The notes under the pieces: model-generated | What the model saw: only the letters and a program-made list of their open reading frames with translations | What the model was told of the DNA's origin: nothing | Database searches by the model: none | Source of the DNA: an uncultured Mycobacterium sp. | GTDB lineage: Bacteria > Actinomycetota > Actinomycetes > Mycobacteriales > Mycobacteriaceae | Length of the DNA: 64,000 nt | Direction of reading: 5' to 3' | Assembly: GCA_964387245.1 (NCBI GenBank) | Contig: CAYLWH010000002.1 | Location: 14,198-78,197 of the forward strand | Shown here: positions 28,999 to 39,785 of the stretch, piece after piece | How positions within the stretch are numbered: the stretch's first letter is position 1 | Layout of the letters: each line of letters begins with the position of its first letter | Position numbers and translations under genes: made by a program

Positions 28999-30219
28999 GT
29001 GACTGCGTGCAGGATGGCGCCGGTCCTGCTGGCGGCCAGCGTCGCGGTGCGACTGGGCCTGACCTATCTGGCCCCCAACGGGCTCAATCTCGTCGACCTG
29101 CACGTCTACCTCGGCGGAGCCGAGGCCCTCAACCACCGCGGAACGCTGTACAGCTACTCCTACGGGGACCAGACACCGGATTTCTCGCTGCCGTTCACCT
29201 ACCCGCCGTTCGCGGCGGTGGTGTTCTATCCACTGACGCTGATCCCTTTCCGGGTCGTCGCGCTCGGCTGGCAACTGGGCATCATCGGCGCGCTCTTCGG
29301 GGTGGTGCTCGCCAGCCAGCGACTGCTCGGCGTCCAGGGTGGACTGCGCACCGCGATGCTGTGGACCGCACTGTTCATCTGGATTCAGCCGGTGCGCAGC
29401 AATTTCGACTATGGCCAGATCAACGTTCTGCTGGTGCTGATGGTGCTGTGTGCGGTCGCCAGTCGCAGGTGGTGGCTGTCCGGTCTGTTGCTCGGGCTGG
29501 CCGCTGGCGTCAAGCTCACCCCGGCGATCGGTGTCCTGTACTTCGTCGGTGTCCGGCGGTGGGCCACCGCGGTGTTCTCGGCGGTGGTGTTCGCCGCCAC
29601 CGTGGGAATCTCTTGGGCGGTGGTGGGAGATCAGGCCCGCTACTACTTCACCGACCTGATCGGCGATGCCGACCGGGTCGGCCCGGTCGGAACTGTGTTC
29701 AATCAGTCCTGGCGCGGCGGGATTTCACGCATCCTCGGTCACGACGCAGGCTACGGTCCGCCGGTGCTGGCCGTCATCGCCGTGACGGCGGTGCTGACCT
29801 GGCTGGCCTGGCGGGCGGTGGCCGGCGGCGCCCGGGGGTCGCGACCTCTCGAGGGACCTCCCGACCGGCTCGGGCTCATCGTGGTGGTCGAGTTGTTCGG
29901 CCTGCTGATCTCGCCGATCTCCTGGACACACCACTGGGTTTGGTCGGTGCCGTTGATGATCTGGCTTCTGCAGGGCCCGTACCGGTTCCTCGGTGAAGCG
30001 CGAGTCCTGGGCTGGGGCTGGTTGGCGCTCACCCTGATCGGGGTGCCCTGGCTGCTCGGCCTCGCCCAGCCGAACATCTGGCAGATCGACCGCCCCTGGT
30101 ATCTGGCCTGGGCCGGCCTGACCTACATCGCGGCGACGGTGGTGACGCTGGCCTGGGTCGCGGCGGCGCGGCTCAGGTTCCCGGGCGGCCGACGATCCTG
30201 TCGATATCCCCTGCCATAG
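28999..30219 (+). CDS. pimE: polyprenol-phosphate-mannose-dependent alpha-(1,2)-mannosyltransferase (GT87/DUF2029), PimE-like
   Basis: 406 aa polytopic. [14 protein letters not shown]...[14 protein letters not shown] motif region. Synteny with the Rv1157c/Rv1158c-like genes and phhB. Confidence 0.78.
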   Translation: MTACRMAPVLLAASVAVRLGLTYLAPNGLNLVDLHVYLGGAEALNHRGTLYSYSYGDQTPDFSLPFTYPPFAAVVFYPLTLIPFRVVALGWQLGIIGALFGVVLASQRLLGVQGGLRTAMLWTALFIWIQPVRSNFDYGQINVLLVLMVLCAVASRRWWLSGLLLGLAAGVKLTPAIGVLYFVGVRRWATAVFSAVVFAATVGISWAVVGDQARYYFTDLIGDADRVGPVGTVFNQSWRGGISRILGHDAGYGPPVLAVIAVTAVLTWLAWRAVAGGARGSRPLEGPPDRLGLIVVVELFGLLISPISWTHHWVWSVPLMIWLLQGPYRFLGEARVLGWGWLALTLIGVPWLLGLAQPNIWQIDRPWYLAWAGLTYIAATVVTLAWVAAARLRFPGGRRSCRYPLP

Positions 30220-30466
30220 TGACGTCCTTATCGGTGATGCCGCCCTCGGAGTGCGTCACCAGCACGAAAGTCACAGTTCGCCAACGGATATCGATGTCCG
30301 GATGATGATCCTGGGCCTCTGCGTGCTCGGCGACCCTGCGCACCACCTCGATGCCTTCCAGGAACGAGGGGAACTTCACCGACCGGCGCAGTGCGCCGTC
30401 GGCCCGCTGCCAGCCGTCGAGGACCTCAGCGGCGGCGTCCACTTGTTCATCGGTCAACACAGCCAT
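30173..30466 (-). CDS. phhB: pterin-4-alpha-carbinolamine dehydratase
   Basis: 97 aa. [20 protein letters not shown]...[29 protein letters not shown] (PCD signature HHP). The 3-prime end overlaps the pimE 3-prime end by 47 nt (convergent). Confidence 0.88.
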   Translation of the reverse strand: MAVLTDEQVDAAAEVLDGWQRADGALRRSVKFPSFLEGIEVVRRVAEHAEAQDHHPDIDIRWRTVTFVLVTHSEGGITDKDVTMAGDIDRIVGRPGT

Positions 30467-30514
30467 CCTTCGATGGTAGTGCCCGCCCACCTCGTTTGGG
30501 CACGATAACCAGCG

Positions 30515-31378
30515 GTGGAGTGCCACAATCGCCCGGTGACGACCTCGCTTGAGCGGCGAACGGTGGCGGTCAACGGTGTGCGCTCGCCGGTGCGCACCGG
30601 CGGCCCGGCGCCGGATGCGAGTGAGGCCGCGGTGTTCGTGCACGGCAACAACGCCGGTGCGGACTGGACCGCCCTGCTGACTTCGGTTGCACAATTCGCC
30701 CGGGTGATCGCACCGGACATGCCGGGGTTCGGCGACGCGGACAAACCCGACAACTGGCCCTACACGGTGGACGCGTATGCCGATCACCTCGGCGGGATAG
30801 TCGACCAACTCGGCGTCGTGCGGTCGCATCTCGTGGCGCACGACTTCGGCGGCCCGTGGGCGTTGGCGTGGGCGGCACAGCATCTCGATGCGGTCGCCAG
30901 CATCACGCTCATCAACACTCCGGCGCGCATCGACCACTTCGCCGCCAAGCTCTGGCGCACGCCCGTCGTCGCCGAAGTGGGCTGGCGACTGAGTAGTGCG
31001 CGGATGGTGGGACGTCTGCTGAGCCGTAGCGATCCGCACGTGCCACGGGCAGCGCTCGATCAAATCGCCTGTCACACAATGGTTCCCGAGACTCAGCGAG
31101 CCGTCATACGGCTGTATCGAGCGACCGGCAAGGATGCGATCGGCAAATACGCCGACCGCTTGCGCGGCTTCACCGGCAAGGTCCTCATCGTCTTTGGTGA
31201 CGAGGACAACTACATTCCGGTCAAGCAGGCCGAACAGCAGCAGAAGATGTTCCGCCACGCCGACGTTCGCACGGTGCCGGGCGCGGGGCATTGGCCGTGG
31301 CTCGAACAACCCGACCGGGTGAGCGAGTACCTGTCGGCATTCCTGCGGGAGCAGATGGGCTGTGCCCCGCATTCCTGA
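30515..31378 (+). CDS. alpha/beta hydrolase (epoxide hydrolase/haloalkane dehalogenase-like)
   Basis: [23 protein letters not shown] and the nucleophile elbow [10 protein letters not shown]. Start is uncertain (GTG 30515 or 30536). Confidence 0.82.
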   Translation: MECHNRPVTTSLERRTVAVNGVRSPVRTGGPAPDASEAAVFVHGNNAGADWTALLTSVAQFARVIAPDMPGFGDADKPDNWPYTVDAYADHLGGIVDQLGVVRSHLVAHDFGGPWALAWAAQHLDAVASITLINTPARIDHFAAKLWRTPVVAEVGWRLSSARMVGRLLSRSDPHVPRAALDQIACHTMVPETQRAVIRLYRATGKDAIGKYADRLRGFTGKVLIVFGDEDNYIPVKQAEQQQKMFRHADVRTVPGAGHWPWLEQPDRVSEYLSAFLREQMGCAPHS

Positions 31379-31397
31379 CCGTATACCGTTACACGCC

Positions 31398-31787
31398 ATG
31401 GCGGTTCAGATCGTGGTCGCCGGCGCGCTGATCGTCGACGGCGCGCTGCTGGTGGCGCAACGCGCCCGACCGCCCGAACTCGCCGGGCTGTGGGAGCTAC
31501 CGGGTGGCAAGGTCGCGGGCGACGAGAGCGACGTCGAGGCGCTGATCCGCGAACTGCGCGAGGAACTCGGCGTGGACGTGGCTGTCGGTGGGCGACTGGG
31601 GGTTGACGTACCGCTGAATCCGGCCACGACGTTGCGTGCTTACCAGGTCACCCTGACCAGCGGCACGGTGCATCCGCACGACCACCGGGCGCTGCGCTGG
31701 ATCCGCGGCGGTGAGCTCGCCCGGGTCGAGTGGGTACCCGCCGACACCGCCTGGCTGCCGGATCTGGCCGCGGCGCTGCGGTCCTGA
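31398..31787 (+). CDS. mutT2: NUDIX hydrolase (MutT-type)
   Basis: NUDIX box [30 protein letters not shown]. Sits directly upstream of the nar cluster, as Rv1160 does in H37Rv (symbol assigned by synteny only). Confidence 0.7.
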   Translation: MAVQIVVAGALIVDGALLVAQRARPPELAGLWELPGGKVAGDESDVEALIRELREELGVDVAVGGRLGVDVPLNPATTLRAYQVTLTSGTVHPHDHRALRWIRGGELARVEWVPADTAWLPDLAAALRS

Positions 31788-31859
31788 CGCCTCTGGTAAC
31801 CGATCGACAGTTTTGGCCAAAGTCCAACCGGCGCCCGTCCACGGTGCTTTCCTGTACTG

Positions 31860-33074
31860 GTGACCGCGGCAGCCCCGTCGTCCGCATACGCCGGTCAGGG
31901 TTTGAACCTGGCACTGGCGACCTGGGTTTCGACGATCAACTTCTGGGCGTGGAACCTCATCGGTCCCATGTCGACGACTTATGCCGAACGATTGTCACTC
32001 AGCAGCACAGAGGCCTCGTTGCTGGTCGCGACACCGATCCTGGTCGGCTCGTTGGGCCGGTTGGTGAGCGGTCCGCTGACCGATCGCTTCGGTGGCCGTA
32101 CGATGCTGATCGCGGTCACCCTGGCCGCTATCGTGCCGGTTCTGGCCGTCGGCATCGCCGGAACCGTCGGATCGTACCCGCTGTTGCTCGTGTTCGGACT
32201 CTTCCTCGGCGTCGCCGGCACCATCTTCGCGGTCGGCATTCCGTTCGCGAACAGCTGGTACGAACCGGCCCGGCGCGGCTTCGCCACCGGGGTGTTCGGA
32301 GCCGGGATGGTCGGCACCGCGGTCTCGGCATTTTTCACGCCGCGGTTCGTGAAGTGGTTCGGTCTGATGACGACCCACATCATCGTGGCCGTGGCACTGG
32401 CGGGGACGGCCGCGGTCGCGTTCGCGGTGCTGCGCAACTCGCCGGCCTTCCAACCGAACCGCGAACCCGTGCTGCCCAAGCTGCTGGCGGCGGCCAAGCT
32501 CGGTGTCACGTGGGAGATGTCGTTCCTGTACGCGGTGGTGTTCGGCGGGTTCGTGGCATTCAGCAACTACCTGCCCACCTACATCCGGACGATCTACGGA
32601 TTCTCGGCGGTGGAGGCGGGCGCACGCACCGCGGCGTTCGCGCTGGCCGCGGTGGTCGCCCGACCGATCGGCGGAATGCTCTCCGACCGGATACCGCCCA
32701 AGTTCGTGGTGCTGGCCTCGCTGGCGGGAACCGCCGCCATGGCGACGATTGCGATACTGCAGCCGCCCGCTGATCTGTGGTCCGCCATCACCTTCACGCT
32801 GTTGGCGGTCTTCCTGGGCATCGGCACCGGTGGGGTGTTCGCCTGGGTGGCCCGGCGGTCCCCTGCCGAACGGGTCGGTTCGGTGACCGGGATCGTGGCT
32901 GCCGCAGGAGGTTTGGGTGGATACTTCCCGCCGCTGGTGATGGGTGCGACGTACAATGCCGAGGCCAACAACTACACCGTGGGCCTGATGCTGCTGGTGG
33001 CCACCGCCCTGGTCGCTCTCGGATACACCGCGCTACGGCTGCACGCCCGGGAACCGAAGGCCGTCGGGCCGTGA
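31860..33074 (+). CDS. narK: nitrate/nitrite transporter (MFS, NarK family)
   Basis: 404 aa, 12 TM. GPLTDRFGGR motif. The stop overlaps the narG GTG (GTGA). Confidence 0.88.
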   Translation: MTAAAPSSAYAGQGLNLALATWVSTINFWAWNLIGPMSTTYAERLSLSSTEASLLVATPILVGSLGRLVSGPLTDRFGGRTMLIAVTLAAIVPVLAVGIAGTVGSYPLLLVFGLFLGVAGTIFAVGIPFANSWYEPARRGFATGVFGAGMVGTAVSAFFTPRFVKWFGLMTTHIIVAVALAGTAAVAFAVLRNSPAFQPNREPVLPKLLAAAKLGVTWEMSFLYAVVFGGFVAFSNYLPTYIRTIYGFSAVEAGARTAAFALAAVVARPIGGMLSDRIPPKFVVLASLAGTAAMATIAILQPPADLWSAITFTLLAVFLGIGTGGVFAWVARRSPAERVGSVTGIVAAAGGLGGYFPPLVMGATYNAEANNYTVGLMLLVATALVALGYTALRLHAREPKAVGP

Positions 33075-36000
33075 CACCGCGGATCGGCAGCCCGCTCGAA
33101 CACCTACTGCAGCGCAGCGGTCGCTACTTCAGCCGGGGCGAGGTCTCCGACGATCTGCGCACCGTGACGCGGCAGGGCGGGCGCGAGGGGGACGTCTTCT
33201 ACCGCGACCGATGGAGTCACGACAAGGTGGTGCGGTCCACCCATGGGGTTAACTGCACTGGATCGTGCTCCTGGAAGGTGTACGTCAAGGACGGCATAAT
33301 CACCTGGGAGACACAGGAGACCGACTATCCGTCGGTCGGTCCGGACCGCCCCGAATATGAGCCCCGCGGCTGTCCGCGCGGGGCGGCGTTCTCCTGGTAC
33401 ACCTATTCCCCGACCCGGGTCCGCTACCCCTACGCCCGTGGTGTGCTGGTGGATATGTACCGGGAAGCCGTTGCGCGACTGGGCGATCCGGTGTTGGCCT
33501 GGGCCGACATCCAATCCGACCCGCAGCGCCGCCGACGTTATCAGCAGGCCCGCGGTAAGGGTGGTCTGGTGCGGGTCAGTTGGGCCGAGGCGACAGAGAT
33601 GATCGCCGCCGCCCACGTGCACACCATCAAGGAGTACGGGCCTGACCGGGTTGCCGGCTTCTCTCCCATTCCGGCGATGTCGATGGTGTCGCACGCCGCG
33701 GGATCCCGCTTCGTCGAACTCATCGGCGGCGTGATGACGTCGTTCTACGACTGGTATGCCGACCTGCCGGTCGCCTCGCCACAGGTGTTCGGCGACCAGA
33801 CCGATGTTCCGGAGTCGGGTGATTGGTGGGACGCTGCCTACCTGGTCATGTGGGGATCCAACGTCCCGGTCACCCGCACCCCGGATGCGCACTGGATGGC
33901 CGAGGTGCGCTACCGCGGCACCAAGGTGGTGGCGGTGAGTCCCGACTACGCCGACAACACCAAGTTCGCCGACGAATGGATGCCCTGCGCCGCGGGCACC
34001 GACGGTGCGCTGGCCATGGCAATGGGTCACGTTATCCTCACGGAATACTTTGTCAAGCAACGGATTCCGTTCTTCAGCGGCTATGTGCGCACCTACACCG
34101 ACCTGCCGTTTCTGGTCAAGCTCGAACAGCGGGACGGCGCGCTGGTGCCGGGCAAGAACATGACCGCCGCCGATCTGGGGCAGCACGTCGAGAACGCCCC
34201 GTTCAAACCGGTGCTCATCGATGCGGAGACGAATTCGGTTGTGGTGCCGCACGGTTCACTGGGTTTCCGGTTCGGCGACGACGGTGTGGGCAAGTGGAAC
34301 CTGGACCTGGGCGACCTGTCGCCCGCCCTGACGGTGGCATCGGCCGATGGCGGCGAAACCGCGCTGATCTCGCTGCCCCGTTTCGACACCCTCGACGGCC
34401 ACGGCGAAACCCTGCAACGCGGCGTGCCGGTTCGCCGGGTCGGGGAACACCTGGTGTGCACGGTGTTCGACCTGATGCTGGCGCAGTATGGCGTGGCGAG
34501 GGCGGGCTTGCCGGGGGACTGGCCCACCGGGTACGACGACCCCGAACGGCCTTACACGCCGGCGTGGCAGGAATCCATCACGGGTGTTTCCGCCGGCCAA
34601 GCCATCCGGATCGCCCGCGAATTCGCGCACAACGCCGAGGAATCCGGCGGCCGCTCGATGATCATCATGGGAGCCGGGATCTGTCAGTGGTTCCACGGTG
34701 ACGCCACCTATCGCGCAATTCTGGCCCTGCTGCTGCTCACCGGCTCAATGGGCCGCAACGGCGGCGGCTGGGCGCACTACGTGGGTCAGGAGAAGTGCCG
34801 GCCGGTGACCGGGTGGGCCACCATGGCCATGGCCACCGACTGGTCCCGGCCGCCGCGCCAGATGGCCGGCACGTCCTACTGGTACGCCCACACCGATCAG
34901 TGGCGCTACGACGGGTACCGGGCCGACGCGCTGGCGAGTCCGGTGGGCCGGGGCCGCTTCCGTGACCGGCACACGATGGACGTGCTGGCGTCGGCCACCG
35001 CGATGGGGTGGAGTCCGTTCTATCCGCAGTTCGACCGATCCAGCCTCGATCTTGCCGACGAGGCGCGCGCGCTGGGCCGCGAGATCCCCGACTACGTGAC
35101 CGACCAACTCGCCTCCGGCGCCCTGAGACTTGCCGTCACCGACCCGGACAACCCGCGCAACTGGCCACGGGTGCTCAACGTCTGGCGGGCCAACCTGCTG
35201 GGCTCGTCGAGCAAGGGCAACGAATACTTCCTGCGTCATCTGCTGGGCACCACGTCCAACCTGCAGGCGTCGCCAACTCCGGAGGGATTGCGGCCCAACG
35301 GCATAGCGTGGTCCGATGAGATTCCGGAGGGCAAGCTCGACATGCTGATGTCGATCGACTTCCGGATGACGTCGACGACGCTGCTGTCCGATGTGGTATT
35401 GCCCGCAGCCACCTGGTACGAGAAGGCCGACCTCTCGAGCACCGACATGCACCCCTACGTCCACGCGTTCAGCCCGGCGATCGACCCGCCGTGGCAGACC
35501 CGGTCCGATTTCGACGCATTCGGTTCGATCGCCCGGGTGTTCAGCTCTCTGGCAGCCCGGCACCTGGGTACCCGCACCGACGTGGTGCTCGGAACCCTGC
35601 AGCACGACACTGCCGGTGCGATGGCCTATCCCGGTGGCACCGAGCATGATTGGCGGGTCGCAGGGGAGCGGCCGGTGCCGGGCAAGACCATGGGACCGCT
35701 GGCGGTCGTCGAACGCGACTACGCCGCGATCGCCGACAAGTGGGCGACGCTGGGCCCGCTCACCGAGAAGCTGGGATTGACCACCAAGGGCGTCACCACA
35801 CACCCCGACGAGGAGGTCGAACAACTCGCCGCCAAGTTCGGCGTGCTGGATTCCGGTGTTGCGCAGGGCCGTCCGGCGATCACCACTGCCGAGCGGATGG
35901 CCGATGTCATCCTGGCGCTGTCGGGCACGTCGAACGGCCGGTTGGCGGTCGAAGGCTTCCGTCAGTTAGAGCGTCGCACGGGACGCGAACTGGTCCATCT

Positions 36001-36745
36001 GGCCGAGGGCAGCGAGGAACGGCGCATCACCTACGCCGACACTCAGGCCCGGCCCGTTCCGGTGATCACCAGCCCCGAGTGGTCGGGCAGCGAGACGGGT
36101 GGACGGCGTTATGCGCCGTTCACGGTGAACATCGAGGAACTTAAGCCGTTTCACACGCTGACCGGTCGGATGCACTTCTACGTGGACCACGACTGGCTCG
36201 AGGAACTCGGTGAGCAGCTGCCGATCTACCGCCCGCCGCTGGACATGGCGAGGTTGTTCGGGGAACCGACACTGGGTGACGGCGAGGTGGGACTGACGGT
36301 GCGGTATCTCACCCCGCATTCCAAGTGGTCGATCCACTCGGAGTACCAGGACAACCTGTTCATGCTCTCGCTGTCGCGCGGCGGACCGACGATGTGGATG
36401 AGTCCGGCCGATGCCGCGAAGATCGAAGTGCGAGACAACGATTGGGTGGAGGCAGTCAACCGCAACGGTGTGCTGGTGTGTCGCGCAGTGGTGAGCCACC
36501 GGATGCCGGAAGGGGTGGTGTTTGTCTACCACGCCCAGGAGCGCACCATCGACGTGCCGCTGACCGAAACCACCGGCACGCGTGGCGGAATTCACAACTC
36601 GCTGACCCGACTGCTCGTCAAGCCCAGCCATCTGGCCGGTGGATACGCCCAGAATTGCTACGCATTCAACTATCTGGGGCCTACAGGCAACCAGCGTGAC
36701 GAGGTGACGGTGGTACGTCGCCGCGCCCAGAAGGTGGTGTACTGA
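33071..36745 (+). CDS. narG: respiratory nitrate reductase alpha subunit
   Basis: 1224 aa from the GTG. HGVNCTGSCSWKVYVKDGIITWETQ FS0 cluster motif and molybdopterin domains. The ORF-track start at 32777 lies inside narK. Confidence 0.96.
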   Translation: MTPRIGSPLEHLLQRSGRYFSRGEVSDDLRTVTRQGGREGDVFYRDRWSHDKVVRSTHGVNCTGSCSWKVYVKDGIITWETQETDYPSVGPDRPEYEPRGCPRGAAFSWYTYSPTRVRYPYARGVLVDMYREAVARLGDPVLAWADIQSDPQRRRRYQQARGKGGLVRVSWAEATEMIAAAHVHTIKEYGPDRVAGFSPIPAMSMVSHAAGSRFVELIGGVMTSFYDWYADLPVASPQVFGDQTDVPESGDWWDAAYLVMWGSNVPVTRTPDAHWMAEVRYRGTKVVAVSPDYADNTKFADEWMPCAAGTDGALAMAMGHVILTEYFVKQRIPFFSGYVRTYTDLPFLVKLEQRDGALVPGKNMTAADLGQHVENAPFKPVLIDAETNSVVVPHGSLGFRFGDDGVGKWNLDLGDLSPALTVASADGGETALISLPRFDTLDGHGETLQRGVPVRRVGEHLVCTVFDLMLAQYGVARAGLPGDWPTGYDDPERPYTPAWQESITGVSAGQAIRIAREFAHNAEESGGRSMIIMGAGICQWFHGDATYRAILALLLLTGSMGRNGGGWAHYVGQEKCRPVTGWATMAMATDWSRPPRQMAGTSYWYAHTDQWRYDGYRADALASPVGRGRFRDRHTMDVLASATAMGWSPFYPQFDRSSLDLADEARALGREIPDYVTDQLASGALRLAVTDPDNPRNWPRVLNVWRANLLGSSSKGNEYFLRHLLGTTSNLQASPTPEGLRPNGIAWSDEIPEGKLDMLMSIDFRMTSTTLLSDVVLPAATWYEKADLSSTDMHPYVHAFSPAIDPPWQTRSDFDAFGSIARVFSSLAARHLGTRTDVVLGTLQHDTAGAMAYPGGTEHDWRVAGERPVPGKTMGPLAVVERDYAAIADKWATLGPLTEKLGLTTKGVTTHPDEEVEQLAAKFGVLDSGVAQGRPAITTAERMADVILALSGTSNGRLAVEGFRQLERRTGRELVHLAEGSEERRITYADTQARPVPVITSPEWSGSETGGRRYAPFTVNIEELKPFHTLTGRMHFYVDHDWLEELGEQLPIYRPPLDMARLFGEPTLGDGEVGLTVRYLTPHSKWSIHSEYQDNLFMLSLSRGGPTMWMSPADAAKIEVRDNDWVEAVNRNGVLVCRAVVSHRMPEGVVFVYHAQERTIDVPLTETTGTRGGIHNSLTRLLVKPSHLAGGYAQNCYAFNYLGPTGNQRDEVTVVRRRAQKVVY

Positions 36746-38400
36746 TGCGAGTCATGGCGCAAATGGCGATGGTGATGAACCTCGACAAGTGCATCGGCTG
36801 CCACACATGTTCAGTGACGTGCAAGCAGGCGTGGACGAACCGGGCCGGGACCGAGTACGTGTGGTTCAACAACGTCGAGACCCGGCCCGGCCTTGGCTAC
36901 CCGCGCGGCTACCAGGACCAGGATCGCTGGCACGGCGGGTGGACACGGGATAACAAGGGCCGGTTGAAGTTACGTGACGGAGGCCGACTGGCGAAGCTCA
37001 TGAGGATCTTCTCCAATCCGAAAATGCCGTCCATCCACGACTATTACGAGCCGTGGACCTACGACTACGAGAACCTGACCTCGGCGCCCCTGGGTGAGCA
37101 CATGCCCGTCGCACCGCCGCGCAGCCTGATCAGCGGCAAGCCGATGAAGGTGTCGTGGTCGGCCAACTGGGACGACGACCTGGCCGGCTCGCCCGAGATC
37201 GTTCCGCAGGATCCGGTGCTCAAACAGGTCAGCGAACGGGTGCGACTCGAACTCGAAGAGACCTTCATGTTCTATCTGCCGCGCATCTGCGAACACTGTC
37301 TGAACCCGGCCTGCGTGGCGTCCTGCCCGTCCGGCGCGATGTACAAGCGCAGCGAGGACGGCATCGTGCTCGTCGACCAGGACAAGTGCCGCGGCTGGCG
37401 GATGTGTGTATCCGGATGCCCGTACAAGAAGGTCTATTTCAACCACAAGACCGGCAAGGCCGAGAAGTGCACGCTGTGCTACCCGCGCATCGAGGTGGGC
37501 TTGCCCACAGTGTGCTCGGAGACCTGCGTGGGCCGGCTGCGCTATTTGGGGCTGGTGTTATACGACGTCGACCGCGTGCTGGAGGCGGCTTCGGTACCCG
37601 ACGAGAAGGATCTGTACGAGGCGCAACGGGAGATCCTGCTCAACCCGAACGATCCCGACGTCGTGGCCGGGGCGCGTGCGGAAGGAATCTCCGCCGAATG
37701 GATCGCGGCCGCGCAGCGTTCCCCGGTCTACGCGTTGATCAACACATACCAGGTGGCGCTGCCGTTGCATCCGGAATTCCGCACCGTGCCGATGGTCTGG
37801 TACATCCCGCCGCTGTCGCCGGTGGTGGACGCGGTCAGCCGGGACGGCCACGACGGCGAGGAGCTGGGCAACCTGTTCGGTGCGTTGGAGTCGCTGCGGA
37901 TCCCCCTCGAGTACCTGGCCGGGCTGTTCACCGCCGGGGACACCGCCCCGGTCGAGGCGGTGCTGCGCCGACTGGCGGCGATGCGGTCCTATATGCGCGA
38001 CATCAATCTGGGCCGGCCGACCCAAGCGCACATACCGGCTGCGGTGGGGATGACCGAGCAGCAAATGTACGACATGTATCGGCTGTTGGCGATCGCGAAA
38101 TACGAAGAACGCTACGTGATTCCGAGTGCCTACGCGTCGTCGGCCGGCCAGCTGCAGGTGGAGGAGCCGGGGTGTTCACTGTCGTTCGACGGTGGGCCCG
38201 GGATGTACGAGTCGGGACCATTCGGTGAGGCCAGCGGCGGGCCGGTACCAGTGGCGGTCGAAACGTTCCACGCGCTCAAACAACGCCAGACGGACGAGGG
38301 GATGGCGGCCAACGCCGAGCATCCGTCGCGGGTCAACCTGCTGAACTGGGATGGCCGGGGGGTCCCCGGCGGGATGTTTCCTGGCGGGTCCGGGCAATGA
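36745..38400 (+). CDS. narH: respiratory nitrate reductase beta subunit
   Basis: MRVMAQMAMVMNLDKCIGCHTCSVTCK and further Cys clusters. ATG overlaps the narG stop. Confidence 0.96.
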   Translation: MRVMAQMAMVMNLDKCIGCHTCSVTCKQAWTNRAGTEYVWFNNVETRPGLGYPRGYQDQDRWHGGWTRDNKGRLKLRDGGRLAKLMRIFSNPKMPSIHDYYEPWTYDYENLTSAPLGEHMPVAPPRSLISGKPMKVSWSANWDDDLAGSPEIVPQDPVLKQVSERVRLELEETFMFYLPRICEHCLNPACVASCPSGAMYKRSEDGIVLVDQDKCRGWRMCVSGCPYKKVYFNHKTGKAEKCTLCYPRIEVGLPTVCSETCVGRLRYLGLVLYDVDRVLEAASVPDEKDLYEAQREILLNPNDPDVVAGARAEGISAEWIAAAQRSPVYALINTYQVALPLHPEFRTVPMVWYIPPLSPVVDAVSRDGHDGEELGNLFGALESLRIPLEYLAGLFTAGDTAPVEAVLRRLAAMRSYMRDINLGRPTQAHIPAAVGMTEQQMYDMYRLLAIAKYEERYVIPSAYASSAGQLQVEEPGCSLSFDGGPGMYESGPFGEASGGPVPVAVETFHALKQRQTDEGMAANAEHPSRVNLLNWDGRGVPGGMFPGGSGQ

Positions 38401-39062
38401 AACTGCTGACGCGGGTGCGCGACAACACATTGTGTGACCGGTCGGTGTGGCAGGCGGCGTCGCTGCTGCTGGCCTATCCCGACGACCGGCACGGGGAGCG
38501 GCTGGCCATCGTTGCCGAATTGCTCACGCACATCGCGGGTCCCGCGCACGACCCCCTCACGCGGGTGCACGCGGCCCTTCGGGAACTCGACGTCCGCCAA
38601 GCCGCCGAGGACTATGTCGCGACCTTCGATCTGGGCCGGCGCACCACGATGTATCTGACCTACTGGACGGCCGGCGACACGCGCAACCGCGGCGCGGCGA
38701 TGCACGCGTTCGCCTCCGCCTACCGTGACGCCGGCGTCACTCCACCGAAAGACGAGGCGCCCGACCATCTTCCGGTGGTCCTGGAGTTCGCGGCGAGGGT
38801 GGATCCGGCCACCGGCAAGCGACTGCTGACCGAACACCGGGTACCCATCGACCTGTTGCTCGACGCGCTGACCGAGCGTGGCTCTCCGTACGCGCACGCG
38901 GTCCGCGCGGTGTGCACAACGCTGCCCCCGGCGACCGACCAGGAGGTCCAGCGGGCGCGGCGGTTGGCCGAAGCCGGGCCGCCCGCCGAAGCGGTTGGCC
39001 TGCAACCGTTCACGTTGACGGTGCCGCCGCGGCGCACACAGGAGGTAGCGGCACGTGGGTGA
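38397..39062 (+). CDS. narJ: nitrate reductase molybdenum cofactor assembly chaperone
   Basis: 221 aa. ATGA overlap with narH, positioned between narH and narI. DHLPVVLEFAA motif. Confidence 0.9.
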   Translation: MKLLTRVRDNTLCDRSVWQAASLLLAYPDDRHGERLAIVAELLTHIAGPAHDPLTRVHAALRELDVRQAAEDYVATFDLGRRTTMYLTYWTAGDTRNRGAAMHAFASAYRDAGVTPPKDEAPDHLPVVLEFAARVDPATGKRLLTEHRVPIDLLLDALTERGSPYAHAVRAVCTTLPPATDQEVQRARRLAEAGPPAEAVGLQPFTLTVPPRRTQEVAARG

Positions 39063-39780
39063 GATCTTCTGGGACGTGATTCCGTATGTGACACTGGCCG
39101 TCGTCATCATCGGCAGTTGGTGGCGCTACCGGTACGACAAGTTCGGCTGGACCACCCGGTCGTCTCAGCTGTACGAGTCGCGGTTGCTGCGGATCGCCAG
39201 CCCGTTGTTCCACTTCGGCATCCTGGTGGTGATATTCGGGCATGTCATCGGCCTGGTGATCCCGGAGTCGTGGACGCACGCCCTCGGGCTCAGCGAGCAC
39301 GCGTATCACCTGCAGGCGGTGGTCCTCGGCACCATCGCCGGCCTGGCCACCCTGATCGGAATCGGGTTACTGATCTTCCGCCGCCGCACCACGGGCCCGG
39401 TGTTCATGGCCACCACGGCCAACGACAAGGCCATGTACGTGTTCCTGGTGGCGGCGATTGTCGCCGGATTGGTCGCCACCGCGATGGGTTCCGGCCTGGT
39501 GGGGGAGGCCTACAACTACCGCGAGACCATCTCGGTGTGGTTCCGGTCGATCTGGGTACTGCAACCGCGCGGCGACCTGATGGCCACCGCCCCGGTCTAC
39601 TACCAGGTGCACGTTCTGATCGGGCTGGCGCTGTTCTGCCTCTGGCCGTTCAGCCGGCTGGTGCACGCGTTCAGCGCACCGATCGGCTACCTGTTCCGCC
39701 CGTACATCGTCTACCGCAGCCGGGAGGCCGCGGGGCGGGGTGAGTTGGTGGGCTCGCAGCCGCAACGCCGCGGGTGGTGA
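39055..39780 (+). CDS. narI: respiratory nitrate reductase gamma subunit
   Basis: 241 aa, 5 TM. FHFGILVVIFGHV and the conserved heme-ligand His residues. Overlaps the narJ end. Confidence 0.93.
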   Translation: MGEIFWDVIPYVTLAVVIIGSWWRYRYDKFGWTTRSSQLYESRLLRIASPLFHFGILVVIFGHVIGLVIPESWTHALGLSEHAYHLQAVVLGTIAGLATLIGIGLLIFRRRTTGPVFMATTANDKAMYVFLVAAIVAGLVATAMGSGLVGEAYNYRETISVWFRSIWVLQPRGDLMATAPVYYQVHVLIGLALFCLWPFSRLVHAFSAPIGYLFRPYIVYRSREAAGRGELVGSQPQRRGW

Positions 39781-39785
39781 CTCGG

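Noticed and set aside
30173-30219. 47-nt convergent overlap of the pimE and phhB 3-prime ends as a possible antisense regulatory arrangement.
   Set aside because: Most likely this simply reflects a poorly conserved pimE C-terminal tail or stop position. There is no additional evidence.
31812-31821. 10-bp perfect palindromes near starts, for example TTTGGCCAAA upstream of narK and AACGTACGTT (25250-25259) upstream of the kinase gene.
   Set aside because: Roughly 60 or more perfect 10-bp palindromes are expected by chance in a window this size, and there is no second supporting feature.
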